Shown piece by piece: positions 1 to 12,804 of a DNA stretch of 64,000 nucleotides. The notes under the pieces were generated by a model. The model worked only from the letters and a program-made list of their open reading frames with translations, was not told the DNA's origin and did not search any database. Source of the stretch: Vicugna vicugna (lineage: Eukaryota). The DNA lies in the NCBI GenBank assembly GCA_013265495.1, contig MU057990.1, forward strand, positions 1 to 64,000. The letters are read 5' to 3'. Every line of letters begins with the position of its first letter. The stretch's first letter is position 1. Position numbers and translations under genes: made by a program.

Positions 1-1330
1 GTGCAAACTTGGTTTAACATCTGAAAACTACTTAATCTTATAATTCATATTAATAGAACAGAGGAGTAAAGCTTGATCATTGCAATAGATTCAAAAAATG
101 AATTTGACAAAATCCAACACCCATTCATGATCAAAGAAACTTTTAACAAATTTGGAATAGATAGGAACTTATTCAAACAGAAATAGTGTCTACAAAAACT
201 CAGTGTGCATAATACTTAATGGTGAAGGAATGAACTTTCCCTTAATATTAGGAATAATGCAGGGTGTCCACTTTTGCCATTTCTATTCAACGTTTGACTG
301 AAGGTTCCAGCCAGTGGAATAAGCCTCCCACCCTACCAAAATAAAACCATCCTGATTGGAAGGGAAGACATTAAACTCTCTTTATTCACAGATGAGCCTA
401 TATGGAGAAAATCTCAAGAAATACACATACACACACACAAAGGCTACTAGATGCATAAACAGATTTAGCAAAGCCACAGGACACAAGATCAAATTTTTTC
501 TTTTTTTTTTAATTGAAGTATAGTCAGTTTACAATGTTGTGTCCATTTATGGTGTAAGATCAATTTTAAAATATCGATTGGATTTCTATACACTAGGAAC
601 AAATATTCTAAAAATAAAATTAAGAAAACAATTTGATTCAAAATATCTTTAAAAAGAATAAAACACTTATGGATAAGTCTAGTAAAATATATATGAGACC
701 TGCATATAAAAATTATAAAACCTTTCTGAGACTATTTAGAGAAGCCCTAAATAAATAGAGACATTTCATGCATTGGAAGAAAATATTGTCAAGATGGCAA
801 TCTTCCCCAATTTGTCTGTAGACTGAACACAATATCAAAATCTCAGCTGATTTTCCTGTAGAAATTGAAACTCTACCAAACTGACCTATATATTCAGTGC
901 ATTCCCAACAAAGTCACAGCAGGACTTTTTAAAGAAATTGACAAAGTCATTCCAACATTTCTATAGAAATGCAAAAGGCTAAGGACAGCCCAAAAATTTT
1001 GAAAAAGAACAAAGTTGCAGGACTTATATCACCTCATTTCAAGAGTTAGTACAACACAACAATAATCCAGGATGTGCGGTACAGGCATAAAGATAGATTT
1101 AGAGATCAATGGAATAGAACAGAGAGCTCAAAATATACTCACAACTATTTGGACAAGCAAGTGAGTTAGATGGAGACATCACAGCAACACAAGAGACAAA
1201 ATATAATATTTTCAACAAATAGTACTGGAGACATTAGAAAGGCACATCTTTAAAAACAAAACTTAACTCACATTATATATAAAAATTAACTCAAAATCAT
1301 GACATACATATAAGAGACAAAACCATAAAA
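1..1330 (+). mobile_element. Old, degraded L1 ORF2 region (L1M-type), sense
   Basis: L1 ORF2-like motifs (tttgacaaaatccaacacccattcatgat; ttctattcaac; caatggaatagaacagagag; ttttcaacaaat), A-rich strand, no intact ORF. Confidence 0.85.
493..555 (-). mobile_element. Very short young L1 3'-end fragment nested in the old L1
   Basis: Poly(T) followed by aattgaagtatagtcagtttacaatgttgtgtc; flanked by aagatcaa at 485-492 and 556-563 (probable TSD). Confidence 0.75.
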
Positions 1331-1554
1331 CATGCCACCTGAAATTACTGCAGTTCACCGATGCCCTGCTAGGTGTCCTTTCCCCAAGGTCAGATTTAAT
1401 AAAAAGTCAGACTCCATCACCCTGGGAATCATAGAGAAATGGCTAAAGCAGAAGCTCCACAGCCTCACATTGATCCCTACTCTTCTCACTTCCTTCTCGT
1501 GCCTCAAAACCTCTCTTCTCTTCCCCTTATCAAAACTGGCTGTGCACAGGTGAC

Positions 1555-2720
1555 TGTCCCTGTCGCTGAAGGCCTTAGCGACACGACACCCCACCCAGCG
1601 CTTTCTGATGTAGTTCAAGAAAGCCGCCACGAGATGGCGGTGCTCCACCAGCGCCGGCCAGCCTCGCGTTGGCGCGTGGAGCATTCAGCCAGCTTTGGCC
1701 GAATTCGCTTTCTGCAAATGAACAAACCACGAGGATGAGATACACAGGTTTTCGAGTTATACGAGGTGCAAGATCTCGCGCCAATAAGAACTCACGAACT
1801 GATGTGCTTCCGATTTCTATGCACGCTACAGCGAGAGCTGCAGATATAACTGAGGAGCAGGGCACCCCCGTAAGTCACGGGGACATTTCCGAGCACCATC
1901 AGTGCTGGAGATGGTCAGTCCCATCTTGAAACCAGGCGCAAGGCTGTTGGAGAGGGCTGGGGAGGGGGAAACCAGCTGGGTTCGACCCCGGGCTCTTCAG
2001 GTTACGAGCCACGTGGCTTTGACCAGGTCCCTCACGTTCTCTGCACTTCGCTTTCTTCGTCTGCGAAATGATTAGTAATCCCGAGGTTCTGTGAGGAATT
2101 GGTGAAATATCAATCAGTGACCACTGAGCACGAGGCCTGACACGTGGAGGCTCGTGTCTTTGTTAGTGATCGGCCTTACTCAGAGCTGGTCAGACGAGCC
2201 GCTCAGTCTCAGGGATGTCAGAAGGCAGCACTGCATCAGGGTCGAGGGCACAAACTGTCGTTCCATACAGCAGCTCTGCCACTTAATAGGGGCTGCGGGA
2301 TGCCACTTGGCCTGTTGGAGCTGCAGCTTCATGACTGGTCAAATTACCGTGTGCAACACCCACCTGGAGGCCTGTCGCGGGGTCAAATGCAGCCCCGAGT
2401 GGAGTGGAGCGAGTGAGCAGCGTGGGGAAGGGCCAGGCTGCATGGGCGGTGGTTGCCGTGGGAACCCGGCCTCAGGGGCATCACCGGGACGCACCCGCCC
2501 CGAACCAAGGCACTCCTTCTGCCTTGTCTGCACCTCATTCACCCAGTTCTTGTCTGCTCGCCCTTAGCTGCTCACAGTGAGTGGCCTAGCTCCAAAGGGA
2601 GAAATACGGCTGAAATCCGCAGTGAGCCTCCCTGAAGCTCACAGCCTTCTCTGCTGGGTCCCAGCTTTCCTGGAAACGCCCAGAGTCCTAGGACGCCTGA
2701 AGCTTTGGCCTCCCATAGCC
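1555..2720. promoter_or_regulatory. CpG-rich patch, possible promoter/regulatory region of an unidentified transcript
   Basis: About 13 CpG in 1561-1680 alone, against CpG-depleted flanks; YY1-like gagatggcgg (1631-1640), tctcgcg plus ccaat (1774-1785), gtgacgt (2823). Confidence 0.5.
1972..2105 (+). mobile_element. MIR SINE fragment
   Basis: ctgggttcgacccc...ggctttgaccaggtccctcacgttctctgcacttcgctttcttcgtctgcgaaatg...gttctgtgagga matches the MIR core. Confidence 0.7.
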
Positions 2721-3642
2721 TCTTGGTGCTGTCTTTCCTTTCCAGGGCGTCCAGGAGGGCAACTGAAGGACAACTGAAGGACAAGAGCCCGGCCACACTC
2801 CTACTCCCACTTCGTCCTTCCTGTGACGTGGACTTTTCCCCTGCAGGGGAGACCCAGGCCTTGTAATGCTTTGCTCAGTGTCCTGTCTCTGCTTCCTGAG
2901 AACGCCCCATACCTGGCCCACTTATTCCCCTCTTGTCCCTTCAAGTCCAGCCGGTGAGGCCTGGAGCTTATCGTGGGAAGAATTTCGAATCCCAGCATTT
3001 GAGATACCAAGGATAATCTTTACGTTTCTCTGTTGTTGCTTTAAACAAAAGCAACAAACAAAACAGTTTGGTTTCATCAGCATCACTAATAATATTTATT
3101 GGACACTGAAGAGCAGCAAGGTTCTGCCCTAGGTGCTTTACAGGACTGAATTCTACATCAGTATAGATGAAACAGCAGCTCGTGTCAGATCAACATAAGG
3201 CACTCACGATACACCCAGGTTTTTTTGTTGTTGTTTTTAATCTTGAAAGCTTTTCTTACCCCAATCTTTAAAATCTGGCTTCAAGCAGAGCAATAGAATA
3301 AACAGAGTTAAAATTGTGCCAGAAAGCTAGTAACATGGCATAGCTGTAGGAGAGGAAATAGGTGTGACGGGGAGAGGCATTTTATAGCCATCTCCTCACC
3401 CATTTCTGAAGTCCAAATTATCCCCATGTCTTGCCTGAATGATGGCAACTGCCTCCCACCTGGAAGCCTTCTTGCTTTTACTGTTGCCCGCCCCCCCCCA
3501 TTCCATACATAGCAGCAAGGTTGAGTTTTTAAAAACGTAAGTGGTGTTTCTTCCCTGTCTGTGACTCCATACTTAAACTACGCAGCAAATACCATCCTTG
3601 TGTGGGTCTCTGGTGCTCCCCCCAGTGCTTCTGCCTCGGGTT

Positions 3643-3850
3643 TGTGTGTGTGTGTGTGTGTGCAGATTATACTCCATCATAGATTATTACGAGATATTGA
3701 ATATAGTTCCCTGTGCTGTACAGTAAATTTTTGTTGCTTATCTATTTTATGTATAGTAGTTTGTATCTGTTAACCTCATACCCTTAATTTGTCCCTCCCC
3801 GACTCCCTCTCCCCTTTGGTAACCATAAGTTCATTTTCTATGTCTGTGAG
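3643..3850 (-). mobile_element. (TG)n tract plus L1 3'UTR fragment
   Basis: gatattgaatatagttccctgtgctgtacag...ggtaaccataagttcattttctatgtctgtgag is the antisense of the L1 3'UTR seen at 17859-18266. Confidence 0.8.
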
Positions 3851-4074
3851 AAAAGGAAGCCAAGAAAAAAAATTTTTTTAAGTGATAGAAAGTGCACAGA
3901 GATCTGCCTACTGCAAGCTCTAAAGCACAAATATTACACAATATGTAACTGCAGTGAATTTAAACAGATAAAAAAATTCCAATCCAACACTTTTAGGAGA
4001 GAGAATAGGTGTTGAACAACGTTGAGAAACTTTTTTAAATGAATTTTTTTTTCTTTTTAAAATTCTTCTCTCCT

Positions 4075-4221
4075 TGGAGGGGGGAGGGTATAGCTCAAGC
4101 AGTAGAGCACAAGTTTAGCATGCACGAGGACCGAGGTTCAATCCCCAGGACCGCCTCTAAAAAAATTAATAAATAAACCTAGTTACCTCCTCCCACCAAA
4201 AAATTAAAAAAAATGAAAAAA
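4075..4221 (+). mobile_element. tRNA-Ala-derived camelid-type SINE (vic-1-like)
   Basis: ggggagggtatagctca...ttagcatgcacgagg...ggttcaatcccc (A and B boxes), A-rich tail; TSD taaaatt(c/g)ttctctcct at 4058-4074 and 4222-4238. Confidence 0.9.
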
Positions 4222-4539
4222 TAAAATTGTTCTCTCCTATTTCTCAAATTTCTTGTCCTTGAGAATTTAAAATGAGCTCCTAGCAACCTTGTCTCTACAT
4301 TTTCCCATCCTTCCTTAAAGTCTATACTACCTGAACTGACTTCAGACATACAATGGTATTGCTTATCATCTTTTGTCTTCTTTTTTTTTTAACCTGGGAT
4401 AGAATTTTCTGAGGTTCTACTCAAATAATCAGTTACCTCAATTATTTTAAATTTCAGTAGTGACTGCAGAATTATGTTATAATGTAATGGAAATGTCTTG
4501 ACTCTTAGGCTTTGGGGGGTTTTCGTAGAGACAGCATAG

Positions 4540-4765
4540 GGGTTCCAGCCCTATAAACTCTGGGGTTAGGTCTCCTAGTTTGAGATTTCAACTCTCATAT
4601 ACTAATAGTGACTCTGATCAAGTACTTAACTACTCAGAGCTCAGCTCCAGGACTTGAAATAGAGGGCAATAAGAATCTATCTCACAAGGTTGTTGGGAGG
4701 ATTCAGTGAAAACTGTGTATGTCCAATGCCTCAGACACAGTAAATGCTTGAAAATAGCTATTCTG
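4540..4765 (+). mobile_element. MIR SINE
   Basis: caagtacttaactactcagagctcag...ctatctcacaaggttgttgggaggatt...acacagtaaatgct. Confidence 0.7.
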
Positions 4766-5254
4766 CAGAATTTTGCCTCATCTTCTTAGAATCTTAAATC
4801 AATAAAATGTTTAATGTCCTCTCTGATACATTCTATATAGTTTCATTCAATAGTTTCAACATCTGACTTATTAGAAGCATTAAAAAATACCAAAGACATA
4901 ATTCATTTTTATTACACAGTAATGTTAAAGTGTACTTAAAAGTTTTGAAGGACACTGTCCCATATATGAGAAAAATCAATTTTACCATGAAATCTGAATT
5001 ATAGCAGACTTCAAACCTGAAAAAAGAACTATCCTGAATTATCATTCATTTAACTTGCCATTATATTCCATTTGAGTCAGAATAATCTTTACTTCAAAAT
5101 ATCATTTTTATTATACAAAAATGCAAAAATCCAGCCAAACCAGAAATATGGATATATTTTCCTGGGCCTTCACATTTGTTGATTTTTATTCACAGTTTCT
5201 GTTTTAATACACACCAGCAGTGAGAGCCCTTGAGCCACGTCGGGAGTCTGTGCG

Positions 5255-5412
5255 TGCTTTCTGCTCAAAGTGTGACCCAGGGAGCTGCAGCCCCAGTGTC
5301 ACCTGGAAGCTTGTGACTCTGAGGTCTCCACTCCAGACCCACTGAATCAGGACTTGCATTTTAAGAATCTGCCTGGTGACTTGAGTACACGTTAGAGTTT
5401 GAGAAGCACTAG
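5255..5412. mobile_element. MER5-type hAT-Charlie MITE
   Basis: ctcaaagtgtg...cacctggaagcttgt...ccagacccactgaatcag...gcatttt...agtttgagaagcact. Confidence 0.75.
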
Positions 5413-6061
5413 CCAGTGGTAGTTTGAGGCTCTAGAAGTTGACGTAAGTGAACTGTATTTTACAAATGAACTGAGGAAGGCTCGCAATGCTGTGCAGAAA
5501 GCCACACAAGGGTGGGAGAGCCAAGGTTGGTATCCAGGTTGCCTGACTTTCAACTCAGGCATTTCTGCACTATCCCTATCAGTTGCAGCCTGCAGCCGGT
5601 CCCCTTCTGGTCCCAGAGGCCAGGCTCATGCTTTGTTTCCAGAGCCAAGCCCCTGTCTCATGTCCTTGCATCTAAATCTATGACTTGCTTCTTTACCTAA
5701 CACCAAGGTGCTCTAGAACAGGGGTCAGCCTAGTCCCCACTATTCCCCTCTCCTGACACATTCCTCACCCCACTTCTTGCTGGAAACTGCTGAGTCTGGC
5801 AGCCTAATGGGAAAAGGTCTAGGAGGGTAGGCATTTGGCATTGTGATGTCCCTAAGCGGGTGGGAGTTCAAGGCTAGGATTCTAGTTTCTGGCAAGGACT
5901 GGGATGCACAGTGTGGGGACAGCTGTCCACTTCTTTAGACACGTGATCACCAACTGCTTCTGCTTCTGCCGTCAGGCAGGGCAGCTGCCACATACAGTAA
6001 ACACTGCAGCCCTGTTCCTTCTAAAGACCGTCTTGAAATATAATGGATACACCAGAATACT

Positions 6062-6349
6062 CTTTTTATTACACCTAATAAAATAAATTTATTTTAAAAT
6101 TTTAATTAAAGTATTGTTGATTTACAACATTAGGTTCAGATATACAACATAATGATTCAATATTTTTATAGATTATACTCTGTTTGGAGTTACTATAAAA
6201 TATTGGCTCTGTCCCTTGTGCTGTACAATATATCCTTGTTGCTTATTTATTTTGTACCTAGTAGTCTGTACCTCTTAATCCCATACCCCTATCTTGTCCT
6301 TCTCCCCTCCCTTCTCCCCAGTGGTAATCACTCATTTGTTCTCTGCATC
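6062..6349 (-). mobile_element. 5'-truncated L1 3' end with 18-bp TSD
   Basis: Antisense L1 3'UTR; exact flanking direct repeat tggatacaccagaatact at 6044-6061 and 6350-6367. Confidence 0.9.
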
Positions 6350-7699
6350 TGGATACACCAGAATACTTAAATAGAAAGCCTTAGTTTCTTGATTGTTGAT
6401 CCCAGAACCACTCCCACTGAGGCTGGGAAAGCTTGATGTGGCCCTCGTCCTGGGCCACACTGGCCTGGGTAAAACAAAGAGTAGGGTTTCATGTGACTGT
6501 GATGTGTCCAGACCCAGGACTGCAGTGATGGATTTCCTCTGCAAAGCCCTGGCACCCTGTGGCCAGGAGTAGGCTAGCACTATATATTTAATTGGACTCT
6601 TCAGACACATTTGAAATGCAACAGTCTACCAGCCGATGGAGGTGAGGAGGGAAGAAAACAAGTCCCAGGCCTTCCTCCTTCCTCCTGGGCTTTATTCAAT
6701 GAAGTCTAAACATCTGCATCATGATGGCTTTGCCTGCCAAGTAGGAGAGGCCAGAGAGGAGCCTTCTGCCTAGTAAGTACTAGGGTATATTTTTCTCAGC
6801 ATGAATAGGATATGGGTTTGGATCAGGGGAAGAGCCCCTAACATTCTGAAATGACTTAAAGCTTTTCTGGACATGACTTGCTGAAGATGACTGATTTATG
6901 TTAAAGAACTGCTGTGAACAGTTCCAAAGCTCAAGTCCATGAAACATGTCCAATTGTGGAAGTAAGAAGGAAGGCTGACAAAATTTGTATGTCTATGGGT
7001 TTTTTGGGGTTTTTATTTTGTTTTGTTTTGTTTTATTTTTTTGGTATACCGTTCCTGGCCAGAATGAGGCTGTCTCACGTATAGTATCCATGAATGCAAG
7101 ATGTGTTACTCTGCTGAGAAAGAAGGCAGTGGTCTTTGTGCTTGTGAGATTAGCTGGGGTGGGTTGTTACTGCCACTTATGGCTGCAGAAGAAGCCTTCA
7201 TCTGTCCAGCAAGGCTTTAAGAATTTGAGATAAATCCTAGGGTATCTCAGATATTCCTGCCAGATTTCGGCACACAAAGCAGAGTGTGACTGGGGACATG
7301 CAGTGCTCAGAGTTCTTTGCGTCCCTTGATGTCTGTGTCAGGTTAGTAGAATAACATGGAAGTGCCTGCCTAAATCTCTGCGCCCCTCAGTGAAGCTGAG
7401 GAACAGTGTTCCCTTAACTCAAGTAAGTTATCCACACTTCTATAATTTATGTGGGGCCACTAGTAACCTGGGGACCGGGTAATAAGCGCTCCTCTGCAAA
7501 GTAAATTCTTTCCTCACCACCTAGCCACTTTCCAGCAGCTACCAAGAATAAATGACTTCTGGTTTCCATGAATCCTAGAAGATAATTGGTGAAAACTAAC
7601 TCCATTAGTGAAAAGCCCCTTAATTGTTCTGGATTAAGGGGGTCAGTTTGGGACCGGGACCCTGGCAGGGAAGGGGGCAGGCCAGGGATACGTAAGACG

Positions 7700-7918
7700 A
7701 GGGTCAGGACTCTGGGCACAGGTTGGCTGGGTCTTCTGCTCTGGGTCTAACCTAAGCTGCAGTTTTCATCTGAGGCTCAGGGTTCTCTTCCAAAATCTCT
7801 GGTTGTTAACAAAATTCTTTTCCTTGTGGTTTTACAACTTTCTCACTGGCTATCAGCAGGTGGGGGTCACTCTCAGCTCTTAGAGGCTGCCCACCGTTCC
7901 TTGCCAAGTAGCCTCCCA
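7700..7918 (-). mobile_element. MLT1 (ERVL-MaLR) LTR fragment
   Basis: ggctgggtcttctgctctgggtct...tcatctgaggctc...cactctcagctcttagaggctgccc...ttccttgcca. Confidence 0.7.
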
Positions 7919-7959
7919 ATTTCTTAAAAAGAGAGAAATAAAAAAGGCTTGGTTGGTTA

Positions 7960-8270
7960 TGGGAAGTCCAGAATGGCAGGGTGAGGACCTCCATAAATCT
8001 GCTTCTCCATGAAAGCAACAAAACGCTGGCAGAAAAGTCAAAGTCCACTTGTTCGGAACTCTGGAAATTAAACAAAGGCTTACAAAAACTGGGGATGCTT
8101 TAATTCAAGCAAAACTGCTGAATCTCCTAAGAACAGTAGGAACAGCTGGGTTTATGGCATTTTAATTTGGACTATTCCCATCCCCTTCTCCCTAACTTCA
8201 TGGGAGCCTTAAAATCCAACAGCCTAGCAATCACAGTAGCTATGAAATCCATCAACCTGAAAACTAAACT
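7960..8270 (+). mobile_element. Ancient L1M 5'-region fragment
   Basis: ccagaatggcagggtgaggacctcc...ctccatgaaagcaac...gaactctggaaattaaacaaaggctt resembles old L1M 5' ends. Confidence 0.55.
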
Positions 8271-10276
8271 AAAAAAAAAAAGCCCAAATGGAAACAGCCC
8301 AAATGTTCTTCTGTTAATAGTGACTATCTATGAGTGGGGAGTGAGATTTGAGAGACTTTTACTTTTTACTTTGTAACACTTCTATACAATTAAATTGATG
8401 CAAAAGTGTTACTTTAAAACTACAAACAGTAAGAAAGACAAAACAGAGGAAGAGAGAGTTCTTAAAAATGTTTTAATATTTAAGGGATGGTCGATGGGAA
8501 TTGTACAGAAATACTCATGACTATTTCTAATGAAAAACCTATATAAAACACCAACATTCTTTTAATTTGATGTGCCATCTTTAGCAATTCATTTTAGTGA
8601 AAGCCAAAAAAAATGTTTCTAAGAGCTTTTATAGACTCCCATTTGACCTTTGGTTCCTGATTCTACTTTACCTGTAAGGTTCTAAGTTCATCAACTATAA
8701 ATTCTCTAAACATGATGGTCTTCAGGGACGTAACCATAGCAAGCAGGGATAGACTGTGATATAGGGCTTTATCTGGCAAGCTTATTTGACTACTGTTTGC
8801 AAAAATAATGGTGAGTTAACTCAGCTATAATCTTTAAAACTAACCAAAAGCAATCATAAGCAGCCTTTTCTTCCCAAAATGAAGGCCGGACCTGGAGTCT
8901 GAAAGTAGTTTTGACAGTGTAGAGTAAGGCATCCTGTGCCCAAAGGGCACATTAGCAAGAAGGCTTTAGGTAGCCGCCTACTGTGATAACATCCCCACAG
9001 TTCTTTAAGAGGCTATCTGTGTGCATGAGCTTAGGAAAAAAACCTGCTATGAAAAAAACCCCCACCTTCCACTCCAGACACAACAATTATCCATGTTTTG
9101 TTTGAGACAAGGAAGTAGCCTCCAGGGTTCAAATTCTCCCCATGATTATTAGAAAGTATCTCTGCTTAAGACCAGGACGTAACCACTGTGATCGAATCTC
9201 CTACAATTATCTGTTGACTGTTGATGGGATTCAAGTGGTCTTTGGTGGCCCTGAAATTGTAGGTAAAATTTTGTGCTGATGTGAACTTGAGAGAGTGTCT
9301 GTTGCTTTCATCAGTTTCTTAAGGTGGCCTGTGGCCAAAAGAAATATAAGATCCACTGATCTAAGGGTTTCCTGGATTGAGACCTGGAAGTAACAGACTG
9401 ATGAAAGACATTCCTTCACCCCCACTCCCCCCAACCCTGATTCTTCAAAGACAGCTCCGAGTCTAGGGTAATCTCTGTACCTGTAGTTTCTTTGACACTA
9501 TATACAGGCAGAGGATGGAAGCACTGAGGGGCGACCTGGAGGCAAGAAAACATAACAAGACAGAAGGGTGTTTTCAAGCTCCTGCCCCGAAAGGGTCCTC
9601 AGGGAAAAAGATCTGTCCCAGCTTTGAGTAGCCCCAGTCTTAACCAGGCTGTAGAGCCTAGAGGAGAGGGAAGCTGGATGTTTCTGGATGTGAGTACTTT
9701 ATCAATCGACTGATGGGAGTAGAAGCCAGATCGCAGTAGTTGATGAGTAAATAGGAGAGTAAGATGTGAAGGCAGCTAGCATAGACCATTCTTTTGAGAA
9801 GCATGACCTTGAAGGAAGATGAAAGGGCATTAGCTAAAAAATGGACAAAGTAAAGGGTGCTGATTATGTTGGTGTTATTTTAAAGGGAAAGGCTTGAACT
9901 TGCTTAAATGCTGACGAGAAACATTAAAGAGTGGAGAAGGGGTTGAAAATAGAGGGCAAAAGGAAGGAATGGAGGGGCCAGGAGAGGATTCGTTGTGAGG
10001 TGCTACCATTTCCCTCACACTATATAGGTCCTGAAAATGCAGTGGTAATCAAAATCCAATGCACAGATGGAGAGACTGGGCTCAGAAGGAGTCACCCTTC
10101 TTCCTCTGTGACAAGAAGAGAGGAGGCAAGGATGACTGCTGAAGTGAGTGGGTTTTCAGTGGCTTGAAGGTAAAAAGCTGAGGGGCTTCCTGCTTTAAAA
10201 TGTCCATTTTCCCTGAGGAGTAGGAAGCAAAGTCCTTTCACTACAACTGAGAGTTGAAAGTGGGACATGAAAAAAT

Positions 10277-10670
10277 GTGGTTAATGTTATGTGTTAGCTT
10301 GGCTGGGCCATACTACCCATATAAGTGGTCAAACACAGTCTAGATATTTCTGTGAAGGTATTTTTTAAGATGCCTTTAACATTTAAATTAGTAGACTTTG
10401 AGTAAATCGGATTACCCTCCATATATGGGTGGACCTCATCAGTTGAAGGCCTTAAGAGCAAAAGACTGAGATCCCCCAAGGAAGGAGGAATGCTGGCAAC
10501 TCAGAGGAATCCAGCCTTTGGACTCAAGCTGCAACATCAACTCTTCCCTGGGTCCCCAGCTTGTTAGGCTTCCCTGCAGAATCCAGGCTTCAAGGCTCCT
10601 ACAATCGTGTGAACTAATTCTTTAAAATCTTAATACTGGTTTTATTTCTCTGGAGCACACTGACTCATAC
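10277..10670 (+). mobile_element. MLT2-type (ERVL) solo LTR
   Basis: tgtggttaatgttatgtgttagcttggctgggcc...ggtcaaacacagtctagat...gattaccctccata...tcagttgaaggcctt...tttctctggagcacactgactcataca. Confidence 0.8.
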
Positions 10671-11124
10671 AGACAGAGACTGAGGCTGCTGGGTTGGTAG
10701 ACAGAGAGAGAAGGCTGGATGACATCAAGGACTGAGCTGGGGATGGAGACTAGGGGTTTACAGTGGCTGGTACCCATCCACATGGTTGCAGGGTTTCCTC
10801 CTGCAGCACTCAGCACCTCTATGGTAAGAAGACAGAAAAGAAGGCAGGTACAGTTGAATTGATCCAGTACTGGAGTTCTTCTGGGGAAGTTGAGTGGAAA
10901 TATCAGGGATTAGGGACTCATGGAATCATGTACATTGGGTCTGTTCTAGATTGGGAAGGAACTGAAGACAGAAAGAGGTTAATTGATTAGGAGAACATGG
11001 AAGGGTCAGAGCACTGAAATCTGGTGGGATTAAACACCAAACCAAAACGCATATGAGCGATCTCATATGGTATTTTTCTTTCTCTTTCTGGCTTACTTCA
11101 CAAAACAACAACAACAAATAGGGA

Positions 11125-11768
11125 TGTTATGGGTTGAATTGTGTCCTCTCCAAAAAAAGATATGCTTAAGTCCTAACCTCCAGTACCTCAGAATGTGATC
11201 TTATCTGGAAATTGGATCTATTTAAAAAAATTTTTTTTCAGAGGAGAGGTAATTAGGTTTATATATTTATTTATTTGATTTTTCAGTGGAGGTACTGGGG
11301 ATTGAACCCAGGGCTTCAGGCATGCTAGGCATGCACTCCACCACTTGAGCTATACCCTCCCCCACTGGAAACAAGATCTTTATAGGGGTAATCCAGCTAA
11401 AATGAGGTCATTGGTATGGGTTCTAATCCAATATGACTTTTATGTCCTTGTAAAATGGGGAAATTTGGACACTAGGACAGACATGTATGGAGGGAAGGCA
11501 GAATGTAGACACAGGAAGAACACCACGTGAAGAAAGAGGCTTGGAGTGATGCATCTACAATCCAAGGAATTGTCAAAGATTGCTGGCTACCCTCCAGAAG
11601 CTAGGAAGAGGCAATGAAGGAATCCCTTAGAAGTTTCGGAGGGAGCATGACCCTGCCAACACTTTAATTTCTGACTTCTAGCTTCCAGGACTGTGTGACA
11701 ATAAATTTCTGTTATTTTAAGCCACTCAGTTTGTGGTGCTTGTTACAGTAGCCCTAGAAAACTAATTC
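11125..11768 (+). mobile_element. MLT1B/C-like solo LTR interrupted by a SINE
   Basis: Begins tgttatgggttgaattgtgtc; ends aataaatttctgttattttaagccactcagtttgtggt...gccctagaaaactaat. Confidence 0.85.
11221..11363 (-). mobile_element. tRNA-Ala-derived camelid-type SINE
   Basis: ggaggtactggggattgaaccc...cttgagctataccctccccc; nested in the LTR with a degraded TSD (ctggaaa...gatct). Confidence 0.9.
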
Positions 11769-12780
11769 TAGCTACATGGAGAGTAAGGGAGTCAAAGAGC
11801 TTAAAGGATAATTGAGTTCAGATCCCTGAAGCAGTGAGGACATTTTGAGGGAATATACAGGATAATCAGTTCCCCAGGAGTTTCAGAAGAACCCAGATTT
11901 GTAGTAGGTGATGCCAGGTAACTAGAGGACTTCATTGGAGCCACTGGACTCTTTCTTATCTCAACCCAAATCTTGCTGGTGGTTCTAGGCACTTCAGAGA
12001 AAGCCAGGGGTTCAGAATGGAGGGCCTCCCCAAGGTTAACTGTTGGGGATCAAGTGAGCATTCTCATGCTTTCACCAAACATTGCTGTTACGAGGCATTT
12101 TGTGTGAAACTGTAATGACAAACAGACTTTCGGTTCATCATAGGGTGACTTCCTTTGGCTGTAACTAGGCAACCAATAAAGATGGAAGCATCTGTAGCGA
12201 ATTACATGCTCTCCAGGAAAAGACACTTTCTTTAGGAAGCAAACCTACAAGTCCTGTAAAATACCATATCCACAGCAGAAATCGTTTACTTTGCTAAAAA
12301 ACAGTTTTAACTTTTGGAGTTTCTTCAAAACAAAGGCCAAAAGTCCATGCAATACACTGGGTTATAAGCGTAGTTACAACATTCATTAGTGTATGAGGAG
12401 TGTCTGGTTTTGTTTTATAAAGCTAGGGTGGCAGGTGACCCAATTCATTGACCTACTTTCAGTCTAAATCGAAAGTGTCAACTAAAACACACCTCATCAT
12501 GTCAGTTACAGAGATCTGTCTTTCAAATTGATGTATGAAAGAGAAAGATTCCATTATGGAGGACAGTATGGAGGTTCCTTAAAAATCTAAAAATACACTT
12601 ACCATATGATCCAACAATCCTACTCCTGGGCATTTATCTAGAGAAGACTATAATTTGAAAAGACACATGTACCTCAGTGTTCACAGCAGCACTATTTACA
12701 ATAGCCAAGACATGGAAGCAACCTAAATGTCCATTGACAAATGACTGGATAAAGAAGATGTGGTATATATATATATATAT

Positions 12781-12804
12781 NNNNNNNNNNNNNNNNNNNN
12801 NNNN
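12781..12804. other. Assembly gap (24 N) next to a (TA)n run
   Basis: Run of N characters. Confidence 1.

Noticed and set aside
1575..2567. Possible SMIM10-like neighbour gene in the CpG patch
   Set aside because: Suggested by human gene order, but none of the listed frames shows a SMIM10-like peptide.
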